Made by a program: the position numbers and the translations under genes | The notes under the pieces: generated by a model | Databases searched by the model: none | What the model was told of the DNA's origin: nothing | The model's input: the letters and a program-made list of their open reading frames with translations, nothing else | IMG/VR virus record: IMGVR_UViG_3300010163_001998 | Origin: an uncultured virus (IMG/VR IMGVR_UViG_3300010163_001998) | Taxonomy: Duplodnaviria; Heunggongvirae; Uroviricota; Caudoviricetes | Direction: 5' to 3' (one strand) | Length of the DNA: 61,547 nucleotides | Shown here: piece by piece, positions 22,037 to 31,977 of the stretch | How positions within the stretch are numbered: position 1 is the first letter of the stretch | Layout: every line of letters begins with the position of its first letter

Positions 22037-22474
22037 ATGACTAAAGAAATAGCAGCATTAAAAGAAATAGAAATACAAATAGCAAAAGATCATAAAGTAA
22101 AGTTCAATACTTATGATTTAGAAGAGATAAATAGACTCAGAAATTCACTTTTAAGCTTATTAGAAAGTGAATATACCAATTTATTTGAAATAACTGATAA
22201 AACTAGAATCATGTTATTTGATTATGCAATTTCACTTGAAGTAAATACAGAAGAAATTGAAGATACAAGTATAACATTAACATTTGATAATAATAAGACA
22301 GACTTAAACACCTTTTTAGCTTTAACATTTATGTCAATAGAGCCTAGTACGACAAGCAATATTTGTAGTGTATATGTATTATACTACGAAAAACGTTATT
22401 CACCTAATAAATTAATAATAACACAATATAAAATGTTAAATATCATCAGATTATTATTTCAATACAGTGGTTAA
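22037..22474 (+). CDS. Family A paralog
   Basis: LKEIEIQI; TDLNTFLALTFMS. Confidence 0.78.
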   Translation: MTKEIAALKEIEIQIAKDHKVKFNTYDLEEINRLRNSLLSLLESEYTNLFEITDKTRIMLFDYAISLEVNTEEIEDTSITLTFDNNKTDLNTFLALTFMSIEPSTTSNICSVYVLYYEKRYSPNKLIITQYKMLNIIRLLFQYSG

Positions 22475-22479
22475 AAAAT

Positions 22480-22989
22480 ATGAAAATTAAAAATATATCA
22501 ATACGTTTAAACAATGATAACAAACTTATTATATATACTAATGTACCAGATTTTATAAGTGAAGATAACAGTTTATACATATTTAAACAATTAAGAAATA
22601 ATAGAAAATACATAAAAAGAGTAACAGCATACAGCAAAAAAGTCATAAGGAAAGTATCAAGGTTTGAGAATTGGGATAAAAGGCTATTGAGCAATTGTTA
22701 TGACATAAATAACAATTTATCAATTACATTGATAAAGAATACTGAAATAATATTGCTAGCAACTTTGAACCATTCACATGACACTTATAAAGAAATCAAT
22801 GTTGATTTAGAATTTTATAATCATTATAAAATTAGCTTAATGGATATTATAAATGTAATAAAAATGGGAGGTACAAAAGAGGAAATCATAGAATTTAAGG
22901 AGAAAGCACCTTATCCGATTGTAGATATCAAATTAAATAATACAGGCAATACAGTAATAATGTATATTAAGCAACAGGGAGATAGCTAA
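22480..22989 (+). CDS. Family A paralog
   Basis: IKNISIRL; ISLMDIINVIKMG. Confidence 0.8.
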   Translation: MKIKNISIRLNNDNKLIIYTNVPDFISEDNSLYIFKQLRNNRKYIKRVTAYSKKVIRKVSRFENWDKRLLSNCYDINNNLSITLIKNTEIILLATLNHSHDTYKEINVDLEFYNHYKISLMDIINVIKMGGTKEEIIEFKEKAPYPIVDIKLNNTGNTVIMYIKQQGDS

Positions 22990-22990
22990 A

Positions 22991-23548
22991 TTGAAAGTGA
23001 TTATAAAACTATCAGACAATGATAATCTAACAATAGATTTCTGCAAAGGGTTTAAGCACTTATATAAGCAGTTAGAAAAATACAATAATAACAAAATAAA
23101 TATGTGTTTGTTAAGGTATAACGAAAGGCAGTTATTAATTACTCCTTCAAACATAAAAAGAAAGCCAAGAATAGTAAAATTATGTTCCATGTTAGAACAA
23201 ACAGGTGAGGATATACACACTTATAAGGTATCTTTACCTGATGTTTCATCCCAAATAGTACTAACTAAGAATGATGCATGGTCAAGTTATTTTTTAAGTA
23301 TATTATTATTAAATAGTAATATTAATTATTATGATGATAAAATATTCATAGGAGAAAATACCACATTACCACTTTCAAATTTTATAGCAATGACTAAATT
23401 AACAACAGAAGGAATTAAGTCAACTAACAGAGAAGAAACATTCATAAGATATATGATAGGTAACAATATAGTATTAATATATAACATTTTAAATAATGGA
23501 GATAAAGGAAGATATAATATAGATACACACAATTTTATTGTAAATTAA
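22991..23548 (+). CDS. Family A paralog (recent sister of 23577..24143)
   Basis: MKVIIKLSDNDNLTIDFCKG; LPLSNFIAMTKLT. Confidence 0.8.
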   Translation: MKVIIKLSDNDNLTIDFCKGFKHLYKQLEKYNNNKINMCLLRYNERQLLITPSNIKRKPRIVKLCSMLEQTGEDIHTYKVSLPDVSSQIVLTKNDAWSSYFLSILLLNSNINYYDDKIFIGENTTLPLSNFIAMTKLTTEGIKSTNREETFIRYMIGNNIVLIYNILNNGDKGRYNIDTHNFIVN

Positions 23549-23576
23549 GCATAACAAGATAAAGGAGGCAAATAAA

Positions 23577-24143
23577 TTGAGAGTAACTATAAAACTATCA
23601 GACAATGACAATTTAACAATAAATTTCTGCAAAGGAGTTAAACATTTCTATAAACAATTACAAAAATATGAAAACAATAAAGAAATAAATATGTCAGTGA
23701 CATTTCGAAAATTTACAAAAGAAACAATGATGAGAAGAGAAAAAGCACTTGTACCAGTACCAGTACCACTGGTTAATATGCTTGAACCCATAGAAAAGAA
23801 CATAACATATAATTACATGATCAAGCTACCAACTGCAGACATAGAAATAACCGTAGGTAAAAATAAAGACTGGCCAAGTTATTTATTGCAAATAAACCTT
23901 TTAAATAAAGATTTGAGTTATTATAACAATAAAATTTTAATAGAGAAATATGAAAAGATGTCATTTTCTGATTTTGTAGCCATGGCTAAATTAACATGTA
24001 AAAGTGACAAAGACCAATTTGTAGGTTCAAGTTATACTTATACAACATATTATATAGGAGACAAGGGATACTTGGTACATGAAATATTCGATGATGAATC
24101 AGAGAAATATAGCATAGAAGCATTAAATTTGATCAAAGACTAA
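23577..24143 (+). CDS. Family A paralog (recent sister of 22991..23548)
   Basis: MRVTIKLSDNDNLTINFCKG; MSFSDFVAMAKLT; AGGAGG RBS. Confidence 0.8.
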   Translation: MRVTIKLSDNDNLTINFCKGVKHFYKQLQKYENNKEINMSVTFRKFTKETMMRREKALVPVPVPLVNMLEPIEKNITYNYMIKLPTADIEITVGKNKDWPSYLLQINLLNKDLSYYNNKILIEKYEKMSFSDFVAMAKLTCKSDKDQFVGSSYTYTTYYIGDKGYLVHEIFDDESEKYSIEALNLIKD

Positions 24144-24162
24144 ATTTAGGAAGAGTTAAAAC

Positions 24163-24666
24163 ATGGATATTAAAAGAATAATCATTCAGTTTAATAAAGA
24201 TGAATCATTTAAGATAAATATAAATCATCCTGATTTAGAGTTTAACCACATATTAAGTCAGCTTAACATATATAAGGATTATATCACACAATTAGATAAA
24301 GAAACAGAAATAGTATCAATAATTAGAGATGGAAGAAAAATGTTAAACATGCTTATAAATAATAAGGTATATTTAACAGCATTACAATATGGCTGCATAA
24401 ATTTGTATATACCAATTGAAAATATGCAAGAATTAAATGAAACAATGTTTATAGAAGATGAGAATGGTGATACAATTGGTATAGATACATTTTTATACAT
24501 CATAAATACATTTAATAATAACAAAAGACACTTAAAATCTGGTGAAAGAATAGCCAATATAAAGGATATGGGCTTATACTGTATAGAGGTTGGACATTGT
24601 TATAAATCATACAACAATGTAGAATTCTATATAATCAAGTTTAGGAGAAGAACACATGCAATGTGA
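24163..24666 (+). CDS. Family A paralog
   Basis: IKRIIIQF; IGIDTFLYIINTF. Confidence 0.78.
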   Translation: MDIKRIIIQFNKDESFKININHPDLEFNHILSQLNIYKDYITQLDKETEIVSIIRDGRKMLNMLINNKVYLTALQYGCINLYIPIENMQELNETMFIEDENGDTIGIDTFLYIINTFNNNKRHLKSGERIANIKDMGLYCIEVGHCYKSYNNVEFYIIKFRRRTHAM

Positions 24667-25219
24667 GAGGTTAGAAAAAATAACAATCAAACTAAACAAA
24701 AGAAATTCCATAACAATAGATCTTACAAAACCATTTCATGAATTGGCTTATGATTTAAGTCATCAGATATTAAAGCATAGATTATTGATAAAACATATAA
24801 ATGCTTTTGGAGAAAGAATAAGACATACAAACATTCTCGAGAAACAATTTTATATTCATAGTAGAACATGGTGGGGTAAATTGATAAGACCAAATAGAAC
24901 AATATATAAGTATACTGAATATTTAATAAAACATAAACAATTAGTTAAGGGAGTAACAAATAAGAATGCAACAAATATTAGGTGCAGTCAACACTATGAA
25001 ATAGGTAAGGCAATTAGCCTTTATGTATTAACTAATTATGATAGAGAAAATGTATTAAGCATTATACTGAATTATTCTAAGATACAAAACTATGATGATA
25101 TAATAACATTTGAATACAGTAATAATAAGCAAGTAAAATATTCGGACTTATATGATATGATTTGCATGGGCAGTAAAAATAAAAACAGGTTCAATGGAAC
25201 AGTGGTAAGTGCATCCTAG
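24656..25219 (+). CDS. Family A paralog, C-terminus possibly frameshifted
   Basis: LEKITIKL...ITIDL; VKYSDLYDMICMG. Another frame stays open to about 25340. Confidence 0.72.
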   Translation: MQCERLEKITIKLNKRNSITIDLTKPFHELAYDLSHQILKHRLLIKHINAFGERIRHTNILEKQFYIHSRTWWGKLIRPNRTIYKYTEYLIKHKQLVKGVTNKNATNIRCSQHYEIGKAISLYVLTNYDRENVLSIILNYSKIQNYDDIITFEYSNNKQVKYSDLYDMICMGSKNKNRFNGTVVSAS

Positions 25220-25358
25220 ATGAAATAACAAACATTGAAATAAAAGAAACAAATATAATACGTAGAGTAGATATGTTAAGATTTTACATATTTAATAAAT
25301 TATCTGAGGTGACAATAACAATAGAAAGTAATGTCAAATAATAGAATTGGAGTTAAAC

Positions 25359-25946
25359 ATGAAAGCATTACAAGAAAACATAATAGATTCGATTATAATA
25401 TGGTTTGAAGATGATAGGGCAACTGTAATTAACATAGCATCAGGTATTGATGAAGTAAGCATACTAAAACAATTAAAAAACTATAGAGAGCACATACTTA
25501 GTTTGGATGAAGATGGTCATACTAGAGTAATAAGAACTAGCATTAAAGTTAAAGGTAATGGACCAATAAGAATAGGATTTGAGGAAGTAAAATATCAGAA
25601 ATTATACTATATAGCAATACAAATACCATATATGATAAATGTTGATGCACATAGAAATAAAGTATATATTAAATATATTGACGGTAGCATAATAGATATA
25701 ATAGATTTCTTTGACCTAGTATGCATGACATATGATTTTGAAAACAATGATACACTAAATGATACAGATAGCTCAGACATTGTATTAAGTAAGAGACTAA
25801 AAATTAGCTTAGTCAGATCATTTATTGGTAATAAATTAAGAAGTATGAGCCTTGGAATAGTATCTAAAGATTATACAATAGATAGGATAAAATATCCATT
25901 TGGAGGTAAAGATGATACCTATAAAAGTTCGAGCAGTAATATTTAA
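25359..25946 (+). CDS. Family A paralog
   Basis: Start moved to ATG after GGAG; IDSIIIWF; IDIIDFFDLVCMTY. Confidence 0.8.
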   Translation: MKALQENIIDSIIIWFEDDRATVINIASGIDEVSILKQLKNYREHILSLDEDGHTRVIRTSIKVKGNGPIRIGFEEVKYQKLYYIAIQIPYMINVDAHRNKVYIKYIDGSIIDIIDFFDLVCMTYDFENNDTLNDTDSSDIVLSKRLKISLVRSFIGNKLRSMSLGIVSKDYTIDRIKYPFGGKDDTYKSSSSNI

Positions 25947-26385
25947 ATCCTTAGGAGATGTAAAACCTAATCTAATTATAAACTTAAGTAGCAGTACCAA
26001 GGATATAGAAAATAGTATAAATACATTTCTAAATAAAAATAGCATGGATACACAATTTAATATAAATAGTGTAAGCACTATACTTTCCTGGATTGATGAT
26101 TTTACTCAGAGGGATCATAGTTATTATATCAATAGTGACATCAACATAATAATACAATTTAATGACAAATATAAAATAGATATAGACATATTAAATAATA
26201 CAGCAAATAAAATTGTATATTTAGCATTAGGCAATAATAAAAAGTTAGTACGATTGGATGACTTTTTAAGTATGCTAAAAATGACAGATGAGTTTAATGA
26301 GGATCTTATAGGAAAATACTACATACTATCAAATTGTAGAATATCCTATAATAATATAGACATTAACATATTAGTAAATAAATAA
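25912..26385 (+). CDS. Family A paralog
   Basis: Start moved to ATG after GGAGG; VRLDDFLSMLKMT. Confidence 0.78.
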   Translation: MIPIKVRAVIFKSLGDVKPNLIINLSSSTKDIENSINTFLNKNSMDTQFNINSVSTILSWIDDFTQRDHSYYINSDINIIIQFNDKYKIDIDILNNTANKIVYLALGNNKKLVRLDDFLSMLKMTDEFNEDLIGKYYILSNCRISYNNIDINILVNK

Positions 26386-26398
26386 ACAGGTAATAGTA

Positions 26399-26920
26399 AT
26401 GAAAAATAAATTAGAAATAATTGAGATATACTTTAAGTTAAGGAACAACAATATAATAACACTCAGGTGGATAGACCATAAAGATGATTATACATTTGAG
26501 TTTAATCAAGTACTCAAAAATAGAGATGTAATAAAAAGAGTAAAGTTTGAAAAACTAAGCACCCAAATGCAAGAGGTAAGACAAGTAGAAATATTTCATA
26601 CAGATATATTCAGTAAAGAAGAACGTTATTTATTAGATGATAACGTATTATTAATGATACACCCATTAAATGGGGTAAGCATGCTATCATTTACTAAAGA
26701 TAGTTTTGGATTATATTTGGATAGGCTCAGTGTTAAAATTAAAAATGATAAAAATATACAAACACTAAGTATGGAGGATTTTGTAGCTTTAGTCAAATTA
26801 TCATATAATCATATACTAAGCAAAGACATGAAATTGTACATACTTGAAGAGAATAAGGGTTATAGAACAAGTCTGTGTTTTATACTGCAAGAATCTGAAG
26901 TAGCATTTTGGAAAATGTAA
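26399..26920 (+). CDS. Family A paralog
   Basis: IIEIYFKL; LSMEDFVALVKLSY. Confidence 0.8.
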   Translation: MKNKLEIIEIYFKLRNNNIITLRWIDHKDDYTFEFNQVLKNRDVIKRVKFEKLSTQMQEVRQVEIFHTDIFSKEERYLLDDNVLLMIHPLNGVSMLSFTKDSFGLYLDRLSVKIKNDKNIQTLSMEDFVALVKLSYNHILSKDMKLYILEENKGYRTSLCFILQESEVAFWKM

Positions 26921-27026
26921 TACACCTTATATTAAGCAAATAAATAATAAGAAGCATGTTTTTATTTTAAAATTTAATTAGCTGGCAAAATAAAGAGGAG
27001 ACACAATAAGGATATATTGAAAAGAA

Positions 27027-27578
27027 ATGATTATAAAAGACATAATTATAAAATTTAACCCAGAAAATGAACTAGTTATAAATTTTGATAGATTTGATAA
27101 AAATAATAAAGCTATACCTGATTTATTAGTAAAAGCATCAACAGAATTATTAAAATTAACAGAATTTGTTGAGACAATATATGTAAATGAGATGAATACA
27201 AAATCATATACACTTGGGAATGATTGGGCAAATGAAATAATAGATGCAGCTAAATGCATATCAGAATATGGGGAGTCAGTAAGCATAGTATTTAACAACA
27301 CTATAACATTAGAGTTTAACACTTACAGCAATGTAATTCGAATATATCTAAATAAACAAGACACAACTAATATAATATTCAACATTATTGAGGATAATCA
27401 AGAAGTATATAATATTAAGCTTCAGGATATTATAAATATACTTAACATGACACAAGATACATCAGATATTAAAGTAGCAGAACAGCGTTTAGATACAGAT
27501 AACAATGTATTAATTTCAATAGAGACATATAAGTATAAATATTGGAAGGACATAAGCGTAAGAATTACAAGCAAATAA
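27027..27578 (+). CDS. Family A paralog
   Basis: IKDIIIKF...LVINF; IKLQDIINILNMT. Confidence 0.8.
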   Translation: MIIKDIIIKFNPENELVINFDRFDKNNKAIPDLLVKASTELLKLTEFVETIYVNEMNTKSYTLGNDWANEIIDAAKCISEYGESVSIVFNNTITLEFNTYSNVIRIYLNKQDTTNIIFNIIEDNQEVYNIKLQDIINILNMTQDTSDIKVAEQRLDTDNNVLISIETYKYKYWKDISVRITSK

Positions 27579-27740
27579 CATTCAAAGTTTATACAGGGTA
27601 TAATAAAATGCATAGTAAACAAAGTAGCTAAAGATTTAGGTATATGCATAAAATGTAAATATATAAGAGCAGGTGGAATTGGTAATATACCTGACATATT
27701 AAATTATATACAATTACAAGAAAATAAACTATGTTTTATA

Positions 27741-28406
27741 ATGTATGATTCAGGATTAAAAGATGTAAATACATTAAATAAAATTAATACAACAATAGAA
27801 TTAATAAGTAAAGAGCATATAGCAAAATGTATAGTATTTTACCCATTGTGTATTGAAGAATGTGCATTAACATTTAAAAGAATTAAATCAGACATTAAGG
27901 GTTTAAGTAGCAGTCAAGTGAAATTACTAGATAGTGCTTATAACTTTCTAAAGACTGGAAACATGTTTAATTTCATAGATTATGATATACAAACAAGTAA
28001 ATACAAACTGTGTGGCATAGATATACAAAACATAACAAATAGTAAATTGATCAAAGGATATACAAATATAAGCACAATAGAAAGATGCTTAGCAGATAAA
28101 TTAGCAGAAATAACTAAAGGAAAGCCCTATAGATTTATAAAGTCAGCAAATGAATGTTGGTATAGTAATTGTAGTTGTCCCGGATATGAATGTAATTATG
28201 AAAAGATAATAGGTAGTCACAGATTAAATTCTCCTATAGCGGCATGCAACAAGACATGTTTAGGCAAAGAGAAAATAGAATGTGTAATAAAAGAATCAAT
28301 GTTTGGAATTATATATGAATGTATAATATATTTATTAAGTAGTGAAAAAAGAAACATCATAAATGAAAGTATAATAAAAGAATATACAAAGAGTTATTTA
28401 TGGTAA
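27741..28406 (+). CDS. Cys-rich hypothetical protein, possibly a 5'-truncated TOPRIM-like protein
   Basis: Frame is open upstream to 27579 without ATG (…RAGGIGNI…FIMYDSG); PLCIEECALTF; C-terminal Cys cluster. Confidence 0.55.
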   Translation: MYDSGLKDVNTLNKINTTIELISKEHIAKCIVFYPLCIEECALTFKRIKSDIKGLSSSQVKLLDSAYNFLKTGNMFNFIDYDIQTSKYKLCGIDIQNITNSKLIKGYTNISTIERCLADKLAEITKGKPYRFIKSANECWYSNCSCPGYECNYEKIIGSHRLNSPIAACNKTCLGKEKIECVIKESMFGIIYECIIYLLSSEKRNIINESIIKEYTKSYLW

Positions 28407-28766
28407 CCATTTATACATATAATACAACTAAAAATAAAATAGTTGACGTAGAATCCAGATTTAATATACTATTACAGTCTGGAGAAAAATTTAGCAACAG
28501 TATATATATATACTCAAATAATGCAAGCCATAGACGGTGTTATAATCAGAAAAGGAGATATAATAGAAACTAAATTTTGCAAAACATTGCTAAATGATTT
28601 ATCCACAGGGTGTAAATCAATCATACTCGCGGTATTTTATGAAGCATCTAAATATGTAGTGAGTATAGACGAATGCGGCGAGAATGCTTTAAAAATTCTT
28701 TTTAAGATTGGAGAAAAGATAGACATTAGGGTATTTACATCAAGCTATATTAAAATAAATGAGTAA
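28400..28766 (+). pseudogene. DUF4869-like gene frameshifted at a (TA)6 tract
   Basis: ATG 28400 gives MVTIYT...IVDVESRFN. The C-part (28521..28766) has LSTGCKS and ECGENAL. Frames differ by 1 across TATATATATATA at 28501-28512. Confidence 0.6.
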
Positions 28767-29202
28767 AGTATCATTTCAGATAGGAATAAACTCTGTAAAT
28801 CTTGATATAAAAGAAAGACTAACATTTATAAGCGGTGATTCTGGTATAGGCAAGATACTTATAATTAATATGCTATATGACATAATGAAAAATCCAGACG
28901 CATCTAATATAACTGGTATAAGTCCTAATAAAATAGTAGTATGTAAAAATGAAGATTCAGTGAAATTAATAATAAACAAAGAAAAATGTTTAATAGCAAT
29001 AGATAGATTTGACATTTATTCACAAGATTCCAAAGATATAATTCAAAGAGAAATTGAAAAAGAAAATAACACATGGTTAATAATATCTCGTAGGCCTTCA
29101 TTTAAATTTAAAAAGAATGTAGGTGCCTCATTATCAAGTTTTACTACGCTTAAGACTATTAAAACAAATACAGGTAATTTAATAGAATTAAAGAGAGTAT
29201 AA
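28759..29202 (+). CDS. Small P-loop ATPase-like protein
   Basis: Walker A-like ISGDSGIGK; Walker B-like LIAIDRFD. Confidence 0.65.
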   Translation: MSKVSFQIGINSVNLDIKERLTFISGDSGIGKILIINMLYDIMKNPDASNITGISPNKIVVCKNEDSVKLIINKEKCLIAIDRFDIYSQDSKDIIQREIEKENNTWLIISRRPSFKFKKNVGASLSSFTTLKTIKTNTGNLIELKRV

Positions 29203-29239
29203 GACACATAGATGATTAAAATATAAAGGAGGTAGCATT

Positions 29240-29680
29240 ATGAAGTATGAAAAGCCAGTTGTACATGTTAATGAGGAATTAGCAGAAGGAGTTTATGCAG
29301 CAAGTGGTTCTGTTGGTGATTGTTGGACAGTGGATCCAGTGTCAGTTCAGGATTGGAATGGTTCACACCATGTATTTGAGATTAGGTGTGTGCATTCAAA
29401 TGCAGTTGAACACATTTCATCAGCTTCTACTGTTGAATTAGTATTCAACAATCCCATTAAAGATGCATATTCAGAGTTTAGCTGTTCATTTAGTGGAAAT
29501 ACAGTGACAGTTACACGCGAATTGCTAGCAAATGCTTATAAATCAGGTGACACCATGACATATAAGGTTTGGGTACAAGGATCTGATGAAGCAACTACAA
29601 AGTCAATGGCATGCACACATGCAACAATATCATGTACTAAAACAGTAAACGTTCAAGGTAATGGTGGCGACGGCAACTAA
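29240..29680 (+). CDS. Hypothetical protein with YEKP...ELAEGVYAASG leader-like N-terminus and Cys/Ser/Thr-rich beta domain
   Basis: AAGGAGG RBS; visibly higher GC than neighbouring genes. Confidence 0.8.
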   Translation: MKYEKPVVHVNEELAEGVYAASGSVGDCWTVDPVSVQDWNGSHHVFEIRCVHSNAVEHISSASTVELVFNNPIKDAYSEFSCSFSGNTVTVTRELLANAYKSGDTMTYKVWVQGSDEATTKSMACTHATISCTKTVNVQGNGGDGN

Positions 29681-29701
29681 AAACTGAAAAAAGTAGATAA
29701 A

Positions 29702-29743
29702 AGTGGCAGTCATGCACACTAAGCAACATGAATGACTGCCACT
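29702..29743. terminator. Stem-loop without a clear U-tract
   Basis: AGTGGCAGTCAT / ATGACTGCCACT, 12-bp arms. Confidence 0.5.
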
Positions 29744-29756
29744 AATATTATATGAG

Positions 29757-30329
29757 GTGAAATACACAAAAATGTATAAATTAGACTTAACAAACATAAA
29801 AATAGCTGTATTTGATTTTGATGATACACTAGCAAAACATAAAAATGAAAACTATTTGAAAACAAGACAATCAAATAAAGATAACTACTATTTGCAAGCA
29901 TATATGCATCCTGACATATTTTATAAGGAAATTGAGCCATGTATAGCTCCAGCAAATTTAAAGTTACTAATAAATTATTGTAAGGAATTAGGTGTCAAGG
30001 TGTTCTGTATATCAGGCATGAGATATTCTTTACATAAACAAGCTAAAGAAGTATTCTTACATGAAAATTATAATAAAGATATAGAGTTTATACAAGTATC
30101 ATCACAACTTTTAAAGATAGATGCAATTAGAGTTTTACTGAAGGCAAACAGTTTAAACTGGAATAATATTTTATTTGTAGATGATATGGAAGAAAATGTA
30201 GAGATGGTTAGAGAATTAGGTGGTAATGCATTACTGCCAAATGAAGCAAACGAAGCAATAATAAAAAGCATTAACAATAATACTAAAACCATGATTATTT
30301 ATAACAGCTTCATTACTAAACGAGTATAA
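29757..30329 (+). CDS. HAD-superfamily hydrolase/phosphatase
   Basis: Motif I AVFDFDDTL, motif II CISG, motif III Lys, motif IV LFVDD. Confidence 0.8.
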   Translation: MKYTKMYKLDLTNIKIAVFDFDDTLAKHKNENYLKTRQSNKDNYYLQAYMHPDIFYKEIEPCIAPANLKLLINYCKELGVKVFCISGMRYSLHKQAKEVFLHENYNKDIEFIQVSSQLLKIDAIRVLLKANSLNWNNILFVDDMEENVEMVRELGGNALLPNEANEAIIKSINNNTKTMIIYNSFITKRV

Positions 30330-30341
30330 GCTGTTATTTTT
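30300..30341 (+). terminator. Probable intrinsic terminator
   Basis: ATAACAGCTT / AAGCTGTTAT followed by a T-run. Confidence 0.55.
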
Positions 30342-30431
30342 ATATCAAAACATATAAAATATACACCTTTGTATATCAACACAAAATTATTAAAATTTTT
30401 TGTATTTACTATAATAATTAATAAGACATGT

Positions 30432-30920
30432 ATGAAAATGTGGTTTAAACAAATAGACATAAATATTAGTGATAAAGAAAAAATAAGTATGAAAGTAGGC
30501 CGTGATTATAAATGGAGTCCTGCCTTAACCAGAGTATTGTATAAAGATATATTGAGGCATAAAAATGCAGCAAGAATAGTATTTAATACTAGTATAATAA
30601 ACATACCCGACAATTACAATTTAGATGACATTAAAGACCATGGGAATTTTTTAATACAGTGTGGAAAATATAGTATAATGTTAAATACAGTAATATCACC
30701 AGATATTATTATAGATAAACAAACCATGGATATGCAACCTAATATAATAGAACTGGTTACAGATGAGGATACTAGAATAAACATAAGAGATTTGTACTAC
30801 ATAGTAATAACTAGTTGTAATAAGATTGAATCAGGATGTAATTGTTTTTATGAATATAATAATATATACATAAGTAATTTTACATATAACAAGGAAATTG
30901 TTATAAGATTAAAATGGTAA
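30432..30920 (+). CDS. Family A paralog (triplet 1, gene a)
   Basis: MWFKQIDINISDKEKI; INIRDLYYIVITSC. Confidence 0.78.
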   Translation: MKMWFKQIDINISDKEKISMKVGRDYKWSPALTRVLYKDILRHKNAARIVFNTSIINIPDNYNLDDIKDHGNFLIQCGKYSIMLNTVISPDIIIDKQTMDMQPNIIELVTDEDTRINIRDLYYIVITSCNKIESGCNCFYEYNNIYISNFTYNKEIVIRLKW

Positions 30921-30930
30921 AAGGTGAAAT

Positions 30931-31377
30931 ATGAAAATCAATTGTCCAGAAATAGATTACATTAGCATAAGAAATAAAGCCAATGCAGAAGCAAAAATAG
31001 ACTTAACAAGATTAGAACTTGCTAATAGTAGCATAGAAAATATAGGTACACAAATTGAAAATAAGATAATTGATAGAGCAATAGCAATATCAGATACGCC
31101 ACATTTAGAAATAGTTATATACTATAATATAAATGTAATATTAATGGAGATTGATCAAAGTAAATTAAATGAATACAATAAATTGATAAAAATACATTAC
31201 AAGTCAGGAGAGATTATAAATATAGAAGACTTTTTGCATATGATGTTTATGAATTATACACCCATTATTAAATATAAAAAATCAATATATAAACTGTATC
31301 CGAATGAGTGTTGCTATATAGAAATAGATGTGCATAAATATGATACAGTGATAAGTATATCACTTAACAATTATTGA
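30931..31377 (+). CDS. Family A paralog (triplet 1, gene b)
   Basis: NCPEIDYI; INIEDFLHMMFMNY. Confidence 0.8.
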   Translation: MKINCPEIDYISIRNKANAEAKIDLTRLELANSSIENIGTQIENKIIDRAIAISDTPHLEIVIYYNINVILMEIDQSKLNEYNKLIKIHYKSGEIINIEDFLHMMFMNYTPIIKYKKSIYKLYPNECCYIEIDVHKYDTVISISLNNY

Positions 31378-31396
31378 ATTGACAGGTAAACAAAGC

Positions 31397-31882
31397 ATGA
31401 ACAATATAGCAGTTAATCAAGTAACAATCACCATAGATAATGGGGAAACAATAGTAGTAAATCTAGATGATCCTGATATTATACATAATGTATCTAAACA
31501 ATTAGATAGTAATAGTGATTTGATAAGAAAAATGTTATATAGTGAAGGAGTTGACAACATAGATGCCTGGTACTTTTCAGTGAATAAAAATTGCCCTATT
31601 AATATTAGTACATTAGGTGTAGTATCATTAAAATTTGAAGCTTCTGGTATTAATAAATATGGGGACAAAATAAATATAACATTAAACAATAATGGAACCT
31701 TAGAAACATTAAATTTATATGACTTATATCATATGATGCTAATAACAGCAACCCATGAAAAAAGAGGAAGCTACAGTATATACAATATTGGTGCAATAGA
31801 GTTTAGAACATATAAAAACGGATTATGTATGTATTTCTTTAATCAAAAGCAATTGAAACAAAAGCTAGAAAGCAGTTTATGA
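31397..31882 (+). CDS. Family A paralog (triplet 1, gene c)
   Basis: VNQVTI...VNLDDP; LNLYDLYHMMLITA. Confidence 0.8.
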   Translation: MNNIAVNQVTITIDNGETIVVNLDDPDIIHNVSKQLDSNSDLIRKMLYSEGVDNIDAWYFSVNKNCPINISTLGVVSLKFEASGINKYGDKINITLNNNGTLETLNLYDLYHMMLITATHEKRGSYSIYNIGAIEFRTYKNGLCMYFFNQKQLKQKLESSL

Positions 31883-31977
31883 TATATGATACACTAGCTA
31901 GAAAATTAAGGTAGGCATTTCAGAATTATACAATGACTTCAGAATAAATAAAAACTGATTAAAAGGGTATACAAAAT

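Noticed and set aside
28443..28470. Promoter TTGACG-16-TATACT
   Set aside because: It falls within the inferred 5' coding part of the frameshifted DUF4869-like gene and has suboptimal spacing.
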